A model generated the notes under the pieces. The model was not told the origin of the DNA, did not search any database, and saw only the letters and a program-made list of their open reading frames with translations. Shown here piece after piece: positions 28,603 to 38,375 of a stretch of DNA of 64,000 nucleotides. Position numbers and translations under genes: made by a program. Numbering within the stretch: position 1 is the first letter of the stretch; each line of letters opens with the position of its first letter. This DNA comes from Deltaproteobacteria bacterium. GTDB taxonomy: Bacteria; Myxococcota_A; Polyangia; JAAYKL01. Location: the NCBI GenBank assembly GCA_030595125.1, contig JAUVDV010000022.1:3064-67063 (forward strand), read 5' to 3'.

Positions 28603-30222
28603 TTGCGTATCCTGCAATCCAGCTTGGCCCTTCGGTTAATCCTTCCGCTGGCGTTTTTTATTGCCATTGTTTCAGGCGTCTACGGATTCGTCGACGCGCA
28701 TATTCAGGAAAAGCAGCTCATCGACGAGATGGTGCTCGGTGTCGACCAGCTCTCCCGAGGCATCACCAGCGCGACATGGCACGCCATGTTGTACGACCAG
28801 AGAGAAACCGCTTACACGGTGATGCGGACCATCGGCGAGAAACAGGGAATCGAGAGCATCCGGTTCTTCAACAAGGAAGGCCTGGTCACGTTCTCCACGG
28901 ATCCAAACGCCGCAAAGCAGGTCGACAAGAACGCGGAGGCCTGCTTCCTGTGCCACACCAGGGAACAGCCGCTCGTCAAGTTGGATATGCCCTCCAGGGC
29001 GCGGGTCTATCGCGGAATGGACGGGAGCCGCAAAGTCGCCATGGTGACCCCCATCTACAACGAACCCTCCTGCTCGGAAGCCAAGTGCCACGCACACCCG
29101 GGGGAGCAATCCGTACTGGGTGTTCTCGACATTACGATGAACGCGGATCAAGTGGATCGAGATGTGGCCGGTATCCAGATGCGCACCTTTGGCATGACGG
29201 TGATCCAGATTCTGCTGATAGTCGTCCTTGTTTACATCGTCTTGCGGCGATACGTCACGCACCCCATTCGCGGACTCATCAAATGGACAAAGAGCGTCGG
29301 CGGCATGGAGCCGTCCCGCCCCATCGATGTCAAGACCAGGGGCGAACTCGCCGAACTCGCCAGTTCTTTCAATTCAATGGGGGACCGTCTCAACGACGCC
29401 CATGCCGAGATAAGCGACTTTACAAGACATCTCGAGCAAAAGGTCGAGGAACGCACGCAACAGCTCTACCATACCCAGCAACGGCTCATCCAGAGCGATC
29501 GCCTGGCCTCCCTGGGGCAGCTCGCCGCAAGCGTGGCTCACGAGATAAACAACCCCATCGCCGGTGTGCTCAACTTCTCCGAGTTAATGAATCGCCTCAT
29601 CGGCGACCACGGGATCCCGGCCGGCCGGGAGAAAGACTTCAAACGTTACCTGACCATGATTTCCGAGGAGACCGCGCGGGTCGGGCGAATCGTCACCGAC
29701 CTTCTCACGTTCTCGAGGCGGCCGTCACCCCAGAGGGCCAAGATCGATCTGTGCGGCGTCATCAAGCACACGGTATCGCTGGTCATGCACAAGCTCGAGT
29801 TGGAGAGCATCAATCTCGTACTCGATCTGAATGGATCCCTGCCCGAGGTGTTGTGCGACGGCTCGCAGATACGGCAAGTGTTGATCAATCTCGTGATGAA
29901 CGCCTCCGAATCAATCTCCGGCGAGGGCACAATTACCGTGCACACGGCCCTGGCTCCGGATAACAACGGCGTGATCATCGAAGTGGCGGACACGGGCTCC
30001 GGCATACCCAAGGAAATCCTGTCCCGTATCTACGACCCCTTCTTCTCCACAAAGGAGGAGGGGAAAGGCGTGGGGTTGGGACTCGCGGTCGTGTACGGAA
30101 TCGTGGACGCACACGATGGAAGCATCACCGTTGAAAGCTCCGCCGACACCGGTACGACATTCAAGGTGTTCCTGCCAATCGAGAACACCGAATCCACGGT
30201 CGGCAACGGAATTGACCCGTGA
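28603..30222 (+). CDS. Sensor histidine kinase with periplasmic heme-c sensor domain (CxxCH + Cx4CH), HAMP, HisKA, HATPase_c
   Basis: TTG start with GAGGA RBS. Two TM helices flank a periplasmic region containing CFLCH and CSEAKCH. H-box AHEINNPIAG. N/G boxes near the C-terminus. Confidence 0.85.
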   Translation: MRILQSSLALRLILPLAFFIAIVSGVYGFVDAHIQEKQLIDEMVLGVDQLSRGITSATWHAMLYDQRETAYTVMRTIGEKQGIESIRFFNKEGLVTFSTDPNAAKQVDKNAEACFLCHTREQPLVKLDMPSRARVYRGMDGSRKVAMVTPIYNEPSCSEAKCHAHPGEQSVLGVLDITMNADQVDRDVAGIQMRTFGMTVIQILLIVVLVYIVLRRYVTHPIRGLIKWTKSVGGMEPSRPIDVKTRGELAELASSFNSMGDRLNDAHAEISDFTRHLEQKVEERTQQLYHTQQRLIQSDRLASLGQLAASVAHEINNPIAGVLNFSELMNRLIGDHGIPAGREKDFKRYLTMISEETARVGRIVTDLLTFSRRPSPQRAKIDLCGVIKHTVSLVMHKLELESINLVLDLNGSLPEVLCDGSQIRQVLINLVMNASESISGEGTITVHTALAPDNNGVIIEVADTGSGIPKEILSRIYDPFFSTKEEGKGVGLGLAVVYGIVDAHDGSITVESSADTGTTFKVFLPIENTESTVGNGIDP

Positions 30223-30797
30223 GCGTGATCTATCTTATTCGAGGTGTAGGAGTGGAAAATACGCTCATGGAAACCATTGCCGAATGCATCGAGAATATCA
30301 TCGGAGCGCCGGTGCACATGCTCGAAGACCTCGACGAGCCCATGGAGGCGTTCGTCGAAAAGCGCAATCAGTGGGATTCCTCGGTCATCCTGCGAGCACT
30401 GATAGACATGGCGCCGCCCGACGCCCTGCGCGTGCTCGGCGTGACTTCCCGCGATCTCTGCGTCCCGGTCCTGACCTTTGTCTTCGGGCAGGCCCAGCTG
30501 GACGGCCTGGTATCGATAATCTCGACCGCCCGCCTCAAGCCAGAATTTTACGGCCTCTCGGCGTCCCCCGACCTGACGCTCGAACGCGCCTGTAAAGAGT
30601 CGATCCACGAGTTGGGGCATACTTTCGGTCTGGTGCACTGCGGCGATCGTTCGTGCGCCATGTCCCTTTCTACCCACGTGGGCGATGTAGATATCAAAAA
30701 AGCGGAGTTCTGCCGGGGATGCCGGTCATTCCTCCGCGATCGAGTTACGGCGGCGCTCGCCGACGAGAGCCGCCCCGGAAGGGAGAAACAGCTGTGA
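30219..30797 (+). CDS. amzA: Archaemetzincin-like zinc metallopeptidase (peptidase M54 signature HExxHxxGxxHCxxxxCxM ... CxxC)
   Basis: HELGHTFGLVHCGDRSCAMS ... CRGC matches the archaemetzincin motif recalled from the M54 family. Overlaps the kinase stop (4 nt) and the regulator start (GTGA). Confidence 0.7.
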   Translation: MSVIYLIRGVGVENTLMETIAECIENIIGAPVHMLEDLDEPMEAFVEKRNQWDSSVILRALIDMAPPDALRVLGVTSRDLCVPVLTFVFGQAQLDGLVSIISTARLKPEFYGLSASPDLTLERACKESIHELGHTFGLVHCGDRSCAMSLSTHVGDVDIKKAEFCRGCRSFLRDRVTAALADESRPGREKQL

Positions 30798-32149
30798 ACA
30801 AGATGTGGAAGATCCTCGTTGTTGACGACGAACTCATCATGAGGGAGTCGCTGGCCGCATGGCTGATGGAAGACGGTTACACGGTTGACACCGCGGCCTC
30901 GGGCCAGGAGGGGGTGGAGCTGGCGAAGAAAACCGAATACACAATCTACTTCGTCGACCTCAAGATGCCCGGAATCGACGGCATCGAAACCATGACGCAA
31001 ATCCACAAGCTCCATCCGGACGCGGCGGTCATCATAATCACCGCCTTCGCCACCGTGGACACGGCCATCACCGCGATGAAGGAAGGCGCACAGGAATACG
31101 TCGTCAAGCCGTGCAGCCCCCAGGAGATATCGCTCATCGTCGAGCGTATCATTCACCTGGAAAACCTGGAGCGGGAAAACAAAATTCTGCGAAAGAAGCT
31201 CAACGATCGGTACACATTCCACGACATCATCAGCAAGAACCCCAAGATGCACGAGCTGTTCGCCCTCGTGAACGACGTGGCAAGCCTCAAGAGCACCGTG
31301 CTCATACAGGGTGAGAGCGGCACTGGAAAAGATCTCATCGCAAAGGCCATACACCAGTCAAGCGACCGCTCCGAACAACGGTACGTGGCGATCTCGTGCG
31401 CCGCCCTCGCCGAGACCTTGCTCGAATCGGAGCTCTTCGGGCACGAACGAGGGGCGTTCACCGGCGCGGTGAACCAGAGCAAGGGCAAGTTTGAGACCGC
31501 CGACGGAGGGACGCTCTTCCTCGACGAGATCGGCGGCATATCGCCCAAGCTCCAGGTGGACCTGCTCAGAGTGCTCCAGGAGCGATCCTTCTACCGAGTG
31601 GGTGGTTCCAAGGAAGTCTCCGTGAACGTGCGCGTGATCGCGGCGACCAACGCGGATCTGATGACAGCCGTGCGCGACGGATCGTTTCGTGAAGATCTGT
31701 ACTACCGGCTGAACGTGATCAACATTCACATTCCGCCGCTTCGAGATCGGCTGGAGGATATTCCCTTACTCGTACGTCATTTCATAGAGCGCATCTCCTT
31801 CGAGCTGGGCAAGTCCGTGAGCGGAGTGACGGACGGAGCGATCGCGCGGCTAATGAACCATCAGTGGCCGGGGAACGTCCGGGAGTTGGAAAACAGCATC
31901 GAACGAGCCATCGTGACCTGCCACGACGGCGTGCTGACAGAGGAGAGCCTCTCCTTCCTGGATGGAGACCAAGGCGAAGAAGAAGGGGCGATGATTCCCG
32001 GAGATATGAGCCTCGCCGATCTTGAATTGAGGGCCATCAAGGCTACCCTTGGCCGCACTTCGGGCAATGTCAAGGAAGCCGCTTCGATCCTCGGCATCGA
32101 TCGATCCACGCTTTATGACAAATTGAAACGCTACAATCTCCGCCGTTAA
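30794..32149 (+). CDS. Sigma-54-dependent response regulator (REC + AAA+ sigma-54 activator + Fis-type HTH), NtrC family
   Basis: REC domain with phospho-Asp (VDLKMPGIDG). Walker A GESGTGK. GAFTGA sigma-54 contact motif. C-terminal HTH. GTG start overlapping the upstream stop (alternative ATG 30803). Confidence 0.9.
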   Translation: MNKMWKILVVDDELIMRESLAAWLMEDGYTVDTAASGQEGVELAKKTEYTIYFVDLKMPGIDGIETMTQIHKLHPDAAVIIITAFATVDTAITAMKEGAQEYVVKPCSPQEISLIVERIIHLENLERENKILRKKLNDRYTFHDIISKNPKMHELFALVNDVASLKSTVLIQGESGTGKDLIAKAIHQSSDRSEQRYVAISCAALAETLLESELFGHERGAFTGAVNQSKGKFETADGGTLFLDEIGGISPKLQVDLLRVLQERSFYRVGGSKEVSVNVRVIAATNADLMTAVRDGSFREDLYYRLNVINIHIPPLRDRLEDIPLLVRHFIERISFELGKSVSGVTDGAIARLMNHQWPGNVRELENSIERAIVTCHDGVLTEESLSFLDGDQGEEEGAMIPGDMSLADLELRAIKATLGRTSGNVKEAASILGIDRSTLYDKLKRYNLRR

Positions 32150-32282
32150 ACCGGGTTCTGCTCTTTGCGTGTAGGAAATCGCGACACCCCCGTGGGCAAA
32201 ATCCGACACTATAATCGCTTCCCCCAAAGCCAGATTCCCTAACAGTAAGAAATTATACAGAAATTTGAGAGTCGCGATATCC

Positions 32283-32297
32283 GGCACGGAGGTTGCA
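32283..32297 (+). promoter_or_regulatory. Sigma-54 promoter (-24 GGCACG / -12 TTGCA with 4-nt spacer)
   Basis: cGGCACG-gagg-TTGCA matches consensus TGGCACG-N4-TTGCW at all conserved positions except the first T. About 60 bp upstream of start 32358. Two TCGCGA palindromic cores at 32179..32184 and 32272..32277 could be activator sites. Confidence 0.5.
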
Positions 32298-32357
32298 TTG
32301 CCTTCAATCCGAAACGCGTCGCAATAACGGCAACGCACAAACCCTGTGGAGGATGGT

Positions 32358-32675
32358 ATGTTGGATTTGACAAGTATCGAAGCGTTTTTAACTTCGATGG
32401 TTTCATTTAAATCGGACGAAATATGGTTCGTAATGACGAACCTGGCCCTGGTGTTGGCTTGCCTGGCTTGCTTCGCGATTTTCGCGGTCGCCATTATCAA
32501 AGAGGTCTTCCTTCGTGGCAGAGCACGAGTCGCCTCCGGCATGGCCACGGATATGCACATTCTCCATGAGCCCGCGCTCGGAGTCACGATGGCGGACGGC
32601 GGCGAGCCGGAAGGCGAAGACGTTGACACCGATCTCGATTCAAAGAACAGCGAGACCGCACCGACCAATGAATAA
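32358..32675 (+). CDS. Small membrane protein (one TM, acidic C-terminal tail), hypothetical
   Basis: GGAGGA RBS 4 nt upstream of ATG 32358. TM NLALVLACLACFAIFAVAII. Stop overlaps the next gene start (ATGAATAA). Confidence 0.4.
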   Translation: MLDLTSIEAFLTSMVSFKSDEIWFVMTNLALVLACLACFAIFAVAIIKEVFLRGRARVASGMATDMHILHEPALGVTMADGGEPEGEDVDTDLDSKNSETAPTNE

Positions 32676-33615
32676 CGATACAACAACAAAGTGTCCTTTC
32701 TTGAAGGACACCGTTGTTCGCTACTGCGAGGTGTCGCCGATCAGAAAATTACTTCCGATCGACGCGATAAGCGAGGAAGACCAGCGGTGCTTGAGCAACA
32801 AATACACATCGTGCGATGCCGCGCGCGAGCACCTGAACGGCTTGCAGGAGCTCGACCGGTGCCCGTTCCTTCATACCGCTGTGATGAGTAACTGCTCCGC
32901 AGCCCCGGGGGCCAAGCCCGTACCCAAAAACAACTCGGTCACGTCACGGTGCAACAGTAGTGCCTACCTCTTCTGCGACACTTATCTCAGAATGAGAAAC
33001 GGCGCGATCGGCGAACGAAAAAAAGATATTGACCAATCGATCATCGAGGGGATAGAGGTTCCTATGCACCTCGCCTACTCGATGAACCACATGTGGCTCG
33101 ATACGAGGGAGGATGGGGTCATTCATGTGGGCGTCGACGCTTTCCTCGCCCGAGTGCTAGGTGAGGTGGAGCAGGTGCAGTTCAATTTCGGCAAAAATGG
33201 AAAGAAGCCGGCGGTCTTGCTTCGTACGCAAGGCATGGACTTGTACCTCGTTTTTCCAGGACACCTCGAAGTAACCGAAACCAACAGATCACTCACAAAG
33301 AACCCCCGGAAGCTGCTGGAAGATCCTTACAGTGGTGGATGGTTGTTCGAGTCCATACCACCGCCGGGATTTCCCAGTCACCCGACCCCGGTATCCGGCT
33401 TGATAGGCGGAAAGATGGCAACGGACTGGATGCGCAGCGAGATAGAACGCATGAACGGATTCATCCACGATTTACCTTCTCGACAATCTCAGGGAAGCGA
33501 ACGCCTGGCGGCCGACGGCGGCACGTTCCACGAAGGGTTCGCTCAATTTCTCGATCAACGTGATTTCTATTACATGCACAACATGTTCTTCACGGCTAAC
33601 GAAAACCATAGGTGA
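32668..33615 (+). CDS. Two-domain protein: N-terminal Cys-rich region (two CPFL..C motifs) + C-terminal glycine-cleavage-H-protein-like domain apparently lacking the lipoyl-lysine
   Basis: The C-terminal part aligns by eye with GcvH (NHMWLDTREDGVIHVGVDAF ... DLYLVFPGHLEVTETN ... DPYSGGWLFE). The position equivalent to the lipoyl-Lys reads RT. Family alignment is from memory. Confidence 0.55.
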   Translation: MNNDTTTKCPFLKDTVVRYCEVSPIRKLLPIDAISEEDQRCLSNKYTSCDAAREHLNGLQELDRCPFLHTAVMSNCSAAPGAKPVPKNNSVTSRCNSSAYLFCDTYLRMRNGAIGERKKDIDQSIIEGIEVPMHLAYSMNHMWLDTREDGVIHVGVDAFLARVLGEVEQVQFNFGKNGKKPAVLLRTQGMDLYLVFPGHLEVTETNRSLTKNPRKLLEDPYSGGWLFESIPPPGFPSHPTPVSGLIGGKMATDWMRSEIERMNGFIHDLPSRQSQGSERLAADGGTFHEGFAQFLDQRDFYYMHNMFFTANENHR

Positions 33616-34211
33616 TTTTGACGCGGCGTCGGACGACAATTTTATTCTTTATCATCGGCCTGGTCGTCGCCATGCTCGCCGGATGGATCGCTGTGCCCGC
33701 AGCGCTCTACGAGTCCATCGAACAACCCCTCGGATTCAGTCATGTGGTTCATACATCCGATGATACAGGGATGGTATGCGATGACTGTCATCATCTCACT
33801 TCAGAAGGCGGTTTCGCCGGCATTCCCAAAATAGCCGTCTGCGAAGGTTGTCATGCGGAGGCAATAGGGACAAGCAAGGACGAACTCAGGCTGGTGGAGG
33901 AATACGTAAAACCCGGCCGCGAGATCCCCTGGCTCGTATACGCGCGCCAGCCCGACAACGCGTTTTTTCCACACGTTCGACATACCCGGCTGGCAAAGAT
34001 TCCCTGCGAGCAATGCCACGGCGACCACGGAAAAACGGAGACTCTGCGACCACTGAAACGCAACCGCTTCACGGGATACAGCCGCGATATTTGGGGACAC
34101 GATTTTTCGGGGATCACGACGTCCCCTCCCAACAGCATGAAGATGTCGGATTGTGTAGATTGTCATCGAAAACGAGGAGTGCGGGACAGTTGTCTCGCGT
34201 GTCACAAGTGA
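33612..34211 (+). CDS. Membrane-anchored pentaheme cytochrome c (ActA/QrcA-like)
   Basis: N-terminal TM. Five CxxCH motifs (CDDCH, CEGCH, CEQCH, CVDCH, CLACH). Confidence 0.85.
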   Translation: MILTRRRTTILFFIIGLVVAMLAGWIAVPAALYESIEQPLGFSHVVHTSDDTGMVCDDCHHLTSEGGFAGIPKIAVCEGCHAEAIGTSKDELRLVEEYVKPGREIPWLVYARQPDNAFFPHVRHTRLAKIPCEQCHGDHGKTETLRPLKRNRFTGYSRDIWGHDFSGITTSPPNSMKMSDCVDCHRKRGVRDSCLACHK

Positions 34212-34220
34212 AATATTGAA

Positions 34221-36386
34221 ATGGGATTTTCTGTAAAACGACGAGATTTCCTGGGGCTTATCGGCGGTGGAGCCATCGGTGCGGCGCTGAGTCCGGCTCC
34301 GTGGAAGTCCCTCGACGACGTTGCGATCTGGACTCAGAACTGGTCCTGGAAACCTCGGTTGCCTCGGGGGCCCGTTGAAGTTGCATTCACCCACTGCGGC
34401 CTGTGCCCCGCCGGATGCGGCCTGAAAGTTCGCTCTGTTGGAGGAAGCCCGGTCAGTGTCCACGGCGTGCCGGGCCATCCCCTGAGTGCCGGATTCGTGT
34501 GCGCCCTCGGTCTCGCAGGGAGATACCTCTCGTATCATCCTTCACGCATCGTGGAGCCAACCGTTGTCGGCACTGACGGGCAGCGGCGAGGTATTCCGTT
34601 CAAGGCTGCGGTGCGACAATTGGGAAAATGGTTGGATGAGGCCCGTTCCGGGGGCGGCCACGGTTCGGTGGCTATTCTCGACAACCGCCCCGATCGAATG
34701 CGTTCGCTCGCTTATCGCAAATGGCTCGGCGCCCTTGACGGTGTTCACGTCAAGGGTCTTCGGGAAGATGCTCCAATCAATCGGCTTCGCGCCATGCTCG
34801 ATGGCCAGGTGCCCGAATTGGGGCTGGATATCGCTCGCGCTCGAACGGTTCTCAGCTTCGGGGCGCCGGTTCTCGAAGGCCTCGGATCCGGTGAAGCCGG
34901 CTCTCGATTACGCGGCCGATCGGGCACCGAGAAACCTTACATCGTACAGATCGAGACGCGACCGTCGCGCACCGCGCACAGCGCCGACCTCTGGCTGCGT
35001 ATCGCCCCGGGCACCGAAACGGTGCTGGCTCTGGGGTTGGCCAACATTCTCGTCTCCGAGGGTCTGTACGACAAGGAGATCATCGGCCGGACGGCTCTCG
35101 ATCTCGATGGGCCCGGTGGATATCGGGAACTTGTCGCCCGGTTCTCTCCAAAACAGGTGGCCCGGATTACAGGAATCGATGCCGCAACGATCAAGAAGGT
35201 GGCTCGCCGCTTCGCCTCCGGGCCGGCGGTGGTGATTCCGGGTGTCGATCCGGGAGGTGGCCCCCTGAGCCCCGAGGCACAGACCGCTGCATTCAGCTTG
35301 AGCTTGCTCAACGGAGATGTCGGACGCCCCGGAGGGGTTGTAGCCAGGCGGGTTTCCGAGACCATACAGCTTCCCGGAACGGCCCAACTCGCTAACACCG
35401 TCGAGCTTGCCGATGTTCCGGACGGCTCGATACGGTTGTTGATCGCAGACGGTATCGCCGGGGGTTGCGCCATGCCTACCTCCTTGCTGAAGCGCAAACT
35501 CAACCCATCCGAAGGGCGGGTTGTGAGCCTATCCCCGTTCGAGAGATCGGCCATGCACGAAGCGGACCTTGTCCTTCCTTCAACAACGCCGTTCGAAAGC
35601 ATCGACGAGACGGGAGTGCCCATCGATTCTCCGGTCGACTCCATGGGATTGACAGTACCATCCATGCGAGCCCCGGATTACTCGGTAGATTCGTTGCATG
35701 TGCTTTCCATGGTGACAAAATCGAATGTTCCCAAAATCACCGAACTGCTGCGTAGCCGTTCAGATCGGATCCATGCGGGCGGGCGGGGCTCGGTGTTTGA
35801 TCCCTCAAAGGGCGAGAGCGCACCGATTACGGAGTTCAAAACTGCCGGACACCTCTGGCGCGCGCTCCTGGACGGCGGTTTGTGGACAGATTCATCGGCT
35901 ACTTTCACATGCCCACCCTTCCGACTGATGGGCGCTGACGCCGCTATTCGCGATCGCCTCCACAAAGTCCTGGAACAACCGTCGACGGCGGATGGATGGG
36001 CGCATGAACTCGTTCTCATGCCGTTCGGCTGGCGAGACGCGCCAGGAGATGGGCCGCTTCCTCCCGTCATGGCCAAGTTGTTCCGCGAAACGAGGTTGAG
36101 ACTCGACTCCCGGTTTGCAACCATTTGTCCCGGGACAGCCAAAGATCTGGGATTTGCGGAAGGGGACAAGGCGTCGATCAAGACTTCGCTCGGCTCCATC
36201 ACCGTGGAGGTTGTGCTGGATCCCGCAGTGGCGAACGGCGTGGTTCACGTGGCTGTAGGCCCGTCGACAGGAGCTTTCGGCGATGCCACCCGCGAAAAGG
36301 GGGACCAACCATTGGATCTTCCATCGTGCAAAAACGATGATTGCTGGCGAGTGATCCCGGCCAAAATGCTCGAGGTGGTGTCATGA
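34221..36386 (+). CDS. TAT-exported molybdopterin-oxidoreductase-family subunit (ActB1/QrcB-like) with N-terminal CxxCxxxC...C FeS motif
   Basis: Twin-arginine motif KRRDFLGLIGGGAIGAA. HCGLCPAGCGL ... FVCALG cluster motif. 721 aa. Confidence 0.85.
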   Translation: MGFSVKRRDFLGLIGGGAIGAALSPAPWKSLDDVAIWTQNWSWKPRLPRGPVEVAFTHCGLCPAGCGLKVRSVGGSPVSVHGVPGHPLSAGFVCALGLAGRYLSYHPSRIVEPTVVGTDGQRRGIPFKAAVRQLGKWLDEARSGGGHGSVAILDNRPDRMRSLAYRKWLGALDGVHVKGLREDAPINRLRAMLDGQVPELGLDIARARTVLSFGAPVLEGLGSGEAGSRLRGRSGTEKPYIVQIETRPSRTAHSADLWLRIAPGTETVLALGLANILVSEGLYDKEIIGRTALDLDGPGGYRELVARFSPKQVARITGIDAATIKKVARRFASGPAVVIPGVDPGGGPLSPEAQTAAFSLSLLNGDVGRPGGVVARRVSETIQLPGTAQLANTVELADVPDGSIRLLIADGIAGGCAMPTSLLKRKLNPSEGRVVSLSPFERSAMHEADLVLPSTTPFESIDETGVPIDSPVDSMGLTVPSMRAPDYSVDSLHVLSMVTKSNVPKITELLRSRSDRIHAGGRGSVFDPSKGESAPITEFKTAGHLWRALLDGGLWTDSSATFTCPPFRLMGADAAIRDRLHKVLEQPSTADGWAHELVLMPFGWRDAPGDGPLPPVMAKLFRETRLRLDSRFATICPGTAKDLGFAEGDKASIKTSLGSITVEVVLDPAVANGVVHVAVGPSTGAFGDATREKGDQPLDLPSCKNDDCWRVIPAKMLEVVS

Positions 36387-37150
36387 CGAAAACCACCACC
36401 CAAAAGCGATACGGCATGGTGATCGATATTGATCGCTGCGACGGTTGCGGAGCGTGCATGGTGGCCTGCTCTCTGGAGAATAACGTTTCTGTCGTTCCTC
36501 CGGAGGCCGGTCTTCATCGTGGCCTCACCTGGATACGCGTCTACAGCATAACGAACGAAAAGGAATATCCTCATAGTGATACTGCCTACCTGCCGGTCAG
36601 TTGCCAACATTGCGGCAACGAGACTCCATGCGTAGGTGTCTGCCCACAGAGTGCGGTGGATGTGGATCCCAAAAACGGAATAGTGAGCCAGATTCCCGAG
36701 CGCTGCATGGGATGTCGTTACTGCATGGTTGCCTGCCCGTACCACGCCAGATATTTCAACTGGTGGGATCCCGTCTGGCCGGAGGGCACGGAACATCTGC
36801 TAAATCCCGGGGTTACTCCACGCATGAGAGGCGTCGTAGAGAAATGCAACTTCTGCCACGGCCGACATCATGCTGCGCAGGAGCGCGCGGCGAGCGAGGG
36901 GCGCTCGGAGATCGAACCAAACGAGTATCAAACCGCCTGCGCCGAGGCTTGCCCGAACGGCGCAATCACCTTCGGCGACCTCGCAGACAAGGACAGTGAA
37001 GTGGCCAAGCTGGCCGCCGGCCCCGAGTCGTTTCAACTCCTCAAGACACTGGGCACCGGGCCCAAGGTGTACTACCTGACGCAACGAAGCTGGGTTCGAG
37101 ACATGGCGGCCAAGACGCCTCTACCTCTGGATGGGCAGTCTAATGATTGA
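36383..37150 (+). CDS. 4Fe-4S ferredoxin-type subunit (ActB2/QrcC-like)
   Basis: ATG overlapping the upstream stop (ATGA). Cys clusters CDGCGACMVAC, CQHCGNETPCVGVCP, CMGCRYCMVACP, CNFCHGR ... CAEACP. Confidence 0.85.
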   Translation: MTKTTTQKRYGMVIDIDRCDGCGACMVACSLENNVSVVPPEAGLHRGLTWIRVYSITNEKEYPHSDTAYLPVSCQHCGNETPCVGVCPQSAVDVDPKNGIVSQIPERCMGCRYCMVACPYHARYFNWWDPVWPEGTEHLLNPGVTPRMRGVVEKCNFCHGRHHAAQERAASEGRSEIEPNEYQTACAEACPNGAITFGDLADKDSEVAKLAAGPESFQLLKTLGTGPKVYYLTQRSWVRDMAAKTPLPLDGQSND

Positions 37151-38363
37151 ACCCCTTACCAACAGAGCCCCTACTCGTGTGTTTCTGACGTGGATCGGTT
37201 TTTGGATTGCGCTCTTCGCGATCGGTGGCTATTTCGGCATGCTCTGCCTGTCGCAAGGCCTTCATCACACAAACATGAACAACCGGTTTGGTTTCGGCAT
37301 CTGGATTTTCCTGGATCTGACCGTGATAGCGCTCGGAGCGGGAGCCTTCTTCTCCGCCTTCTTGCTGTACATTCTCAAGAAGCAGGCATTGAAAGATGTT
37401 ATCGGCAGCGCGGTTGTCCTGGGTTTCATCTGTTACAGCGGAGCAGTAGTGGTGCTTGCCATCGACGTGGGGCAACCGCTTCGTGCCTGGTTCACCTTCT
37501 GGCATCCCAACGCTCACTCCATGCTCGCCGAGGTCACATTCTGCCTCACACTGTACCTGCTGGTGCTGGCCATCGAGTATGTTCCGCTGATACTCAAGAA
37601 CCCAAGTCTCTCCAAAAATGTATCCCTTCTGGTATTCGAGGGACAGCTGCACAAGGTGGTTGTCGTCTTCGCCGGAGTAGGCGCCATCCTCTCATTCTTT
37701 CATCAAGGCTCCCTCGGCGGCCTGTACGGCGTCATGAACGGTCGCCCGTTCGCATTTCGGGAACATTTCTTCATCTGGCCCTCCACGTTCTTTCTCTTCA
37801 TTCTTTCGGCCATCGCTGCGGGCCCGTCGTTCCTGATTCTCATAAACAAGCTCGCCTCGAAGATCTCCAAAAAGCAACTCGTGAGGAAAGAAGCCTACGA
37901 TTTCCTGGGCCGAATATCGGGCTGGTTGCTTCTGGCCTATGTGGGGCTGAAATCGGCGGACACTATCGTGTGGATCAACCACACCGCTCCGGGCTCAGGC
38001 TATTCGGTCGCCGAGTTTTTCAAGGAGGCCTCTTTCGGCACGTGGATCCTGTTCGCGGAGATCGTACTCTTTGGTCTGTTGCCTGCGCTCGTTCTCATAA
38101 ATGACCGCCTGCGGAAACGCCCCTTGTTGATGATAGTCGCTCCCCTGTTGGTATGCATCGGGATTGCGATCAACCGCTATGTCATGACGCTTCAGAGTCA
38201 GTCGCTGCCCACTTTGCCGTTCGAGGAGTTCGTGCTGTATACGCCGAGCCTGGTGGAAATCGGCGTCTTTGGAGGGATGATCTCATACGGTGTAATTGTT
38301 TTTTCGCTTTCGTACCGTTACTTGCCCCTGTACCCGGGCTTGCGGCAAAAAGCGAAAACGTAG
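37131..38363 (+). CDS. NrfD-family integral membrane subunit (ActC/QrcD-like)
   Basis: 410 aa polytopic membrane protein of NrfD type. Alternative start 37143 gives the ATGATTGA stop-start overlap. Confidence 0.85.
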   Translation: MGSLMIEPLTNRAPTRVFLTWIGFWIALFAIGGYFGMLCLSQGLHHTNMNNRFGFGIWIFLDLTVIALGAGAFFSAFLLYILKKQALKDVIGSAVVLGFICYSGAVVVLAIDVGQPLRAWFTFWHPNAHSMLAEVTFCLTLYLLVLAIEYVPLILKNPSLSKNVSLLVFEGQLHKVVVVFAGVGAILSFFHQGSLGGLYGVMNGRPFAFREHFFIWPSTFFLFILSAIAAGPSFLILINKLASKISKKQLVRKEAYDFLGRISGWLLLAYVGLKSADTIVWINHTAPGSGYSVAEFFKEASFGTWILFAEIVLFGLLPALVLINDRLRKRPLLMIVAPLLVCIGIAINRYVMTLQSQSLPTLPFEEFVLYTPSLVEIGVFGGMISYGVIVFSLSYRYLPLYPGLRQKAKT

Positions 38364-38375
38364 AGGAGGTAAGCC

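Noticed and set aside
31850-32689. 279-aa minus-strand ORF overlapping the sigma-54 regulator and the sigma-54 promoter region
   Set aside because: Antisense to a high-confidence gene. It would destroy the promoter/RBS logic of the downstream operon.
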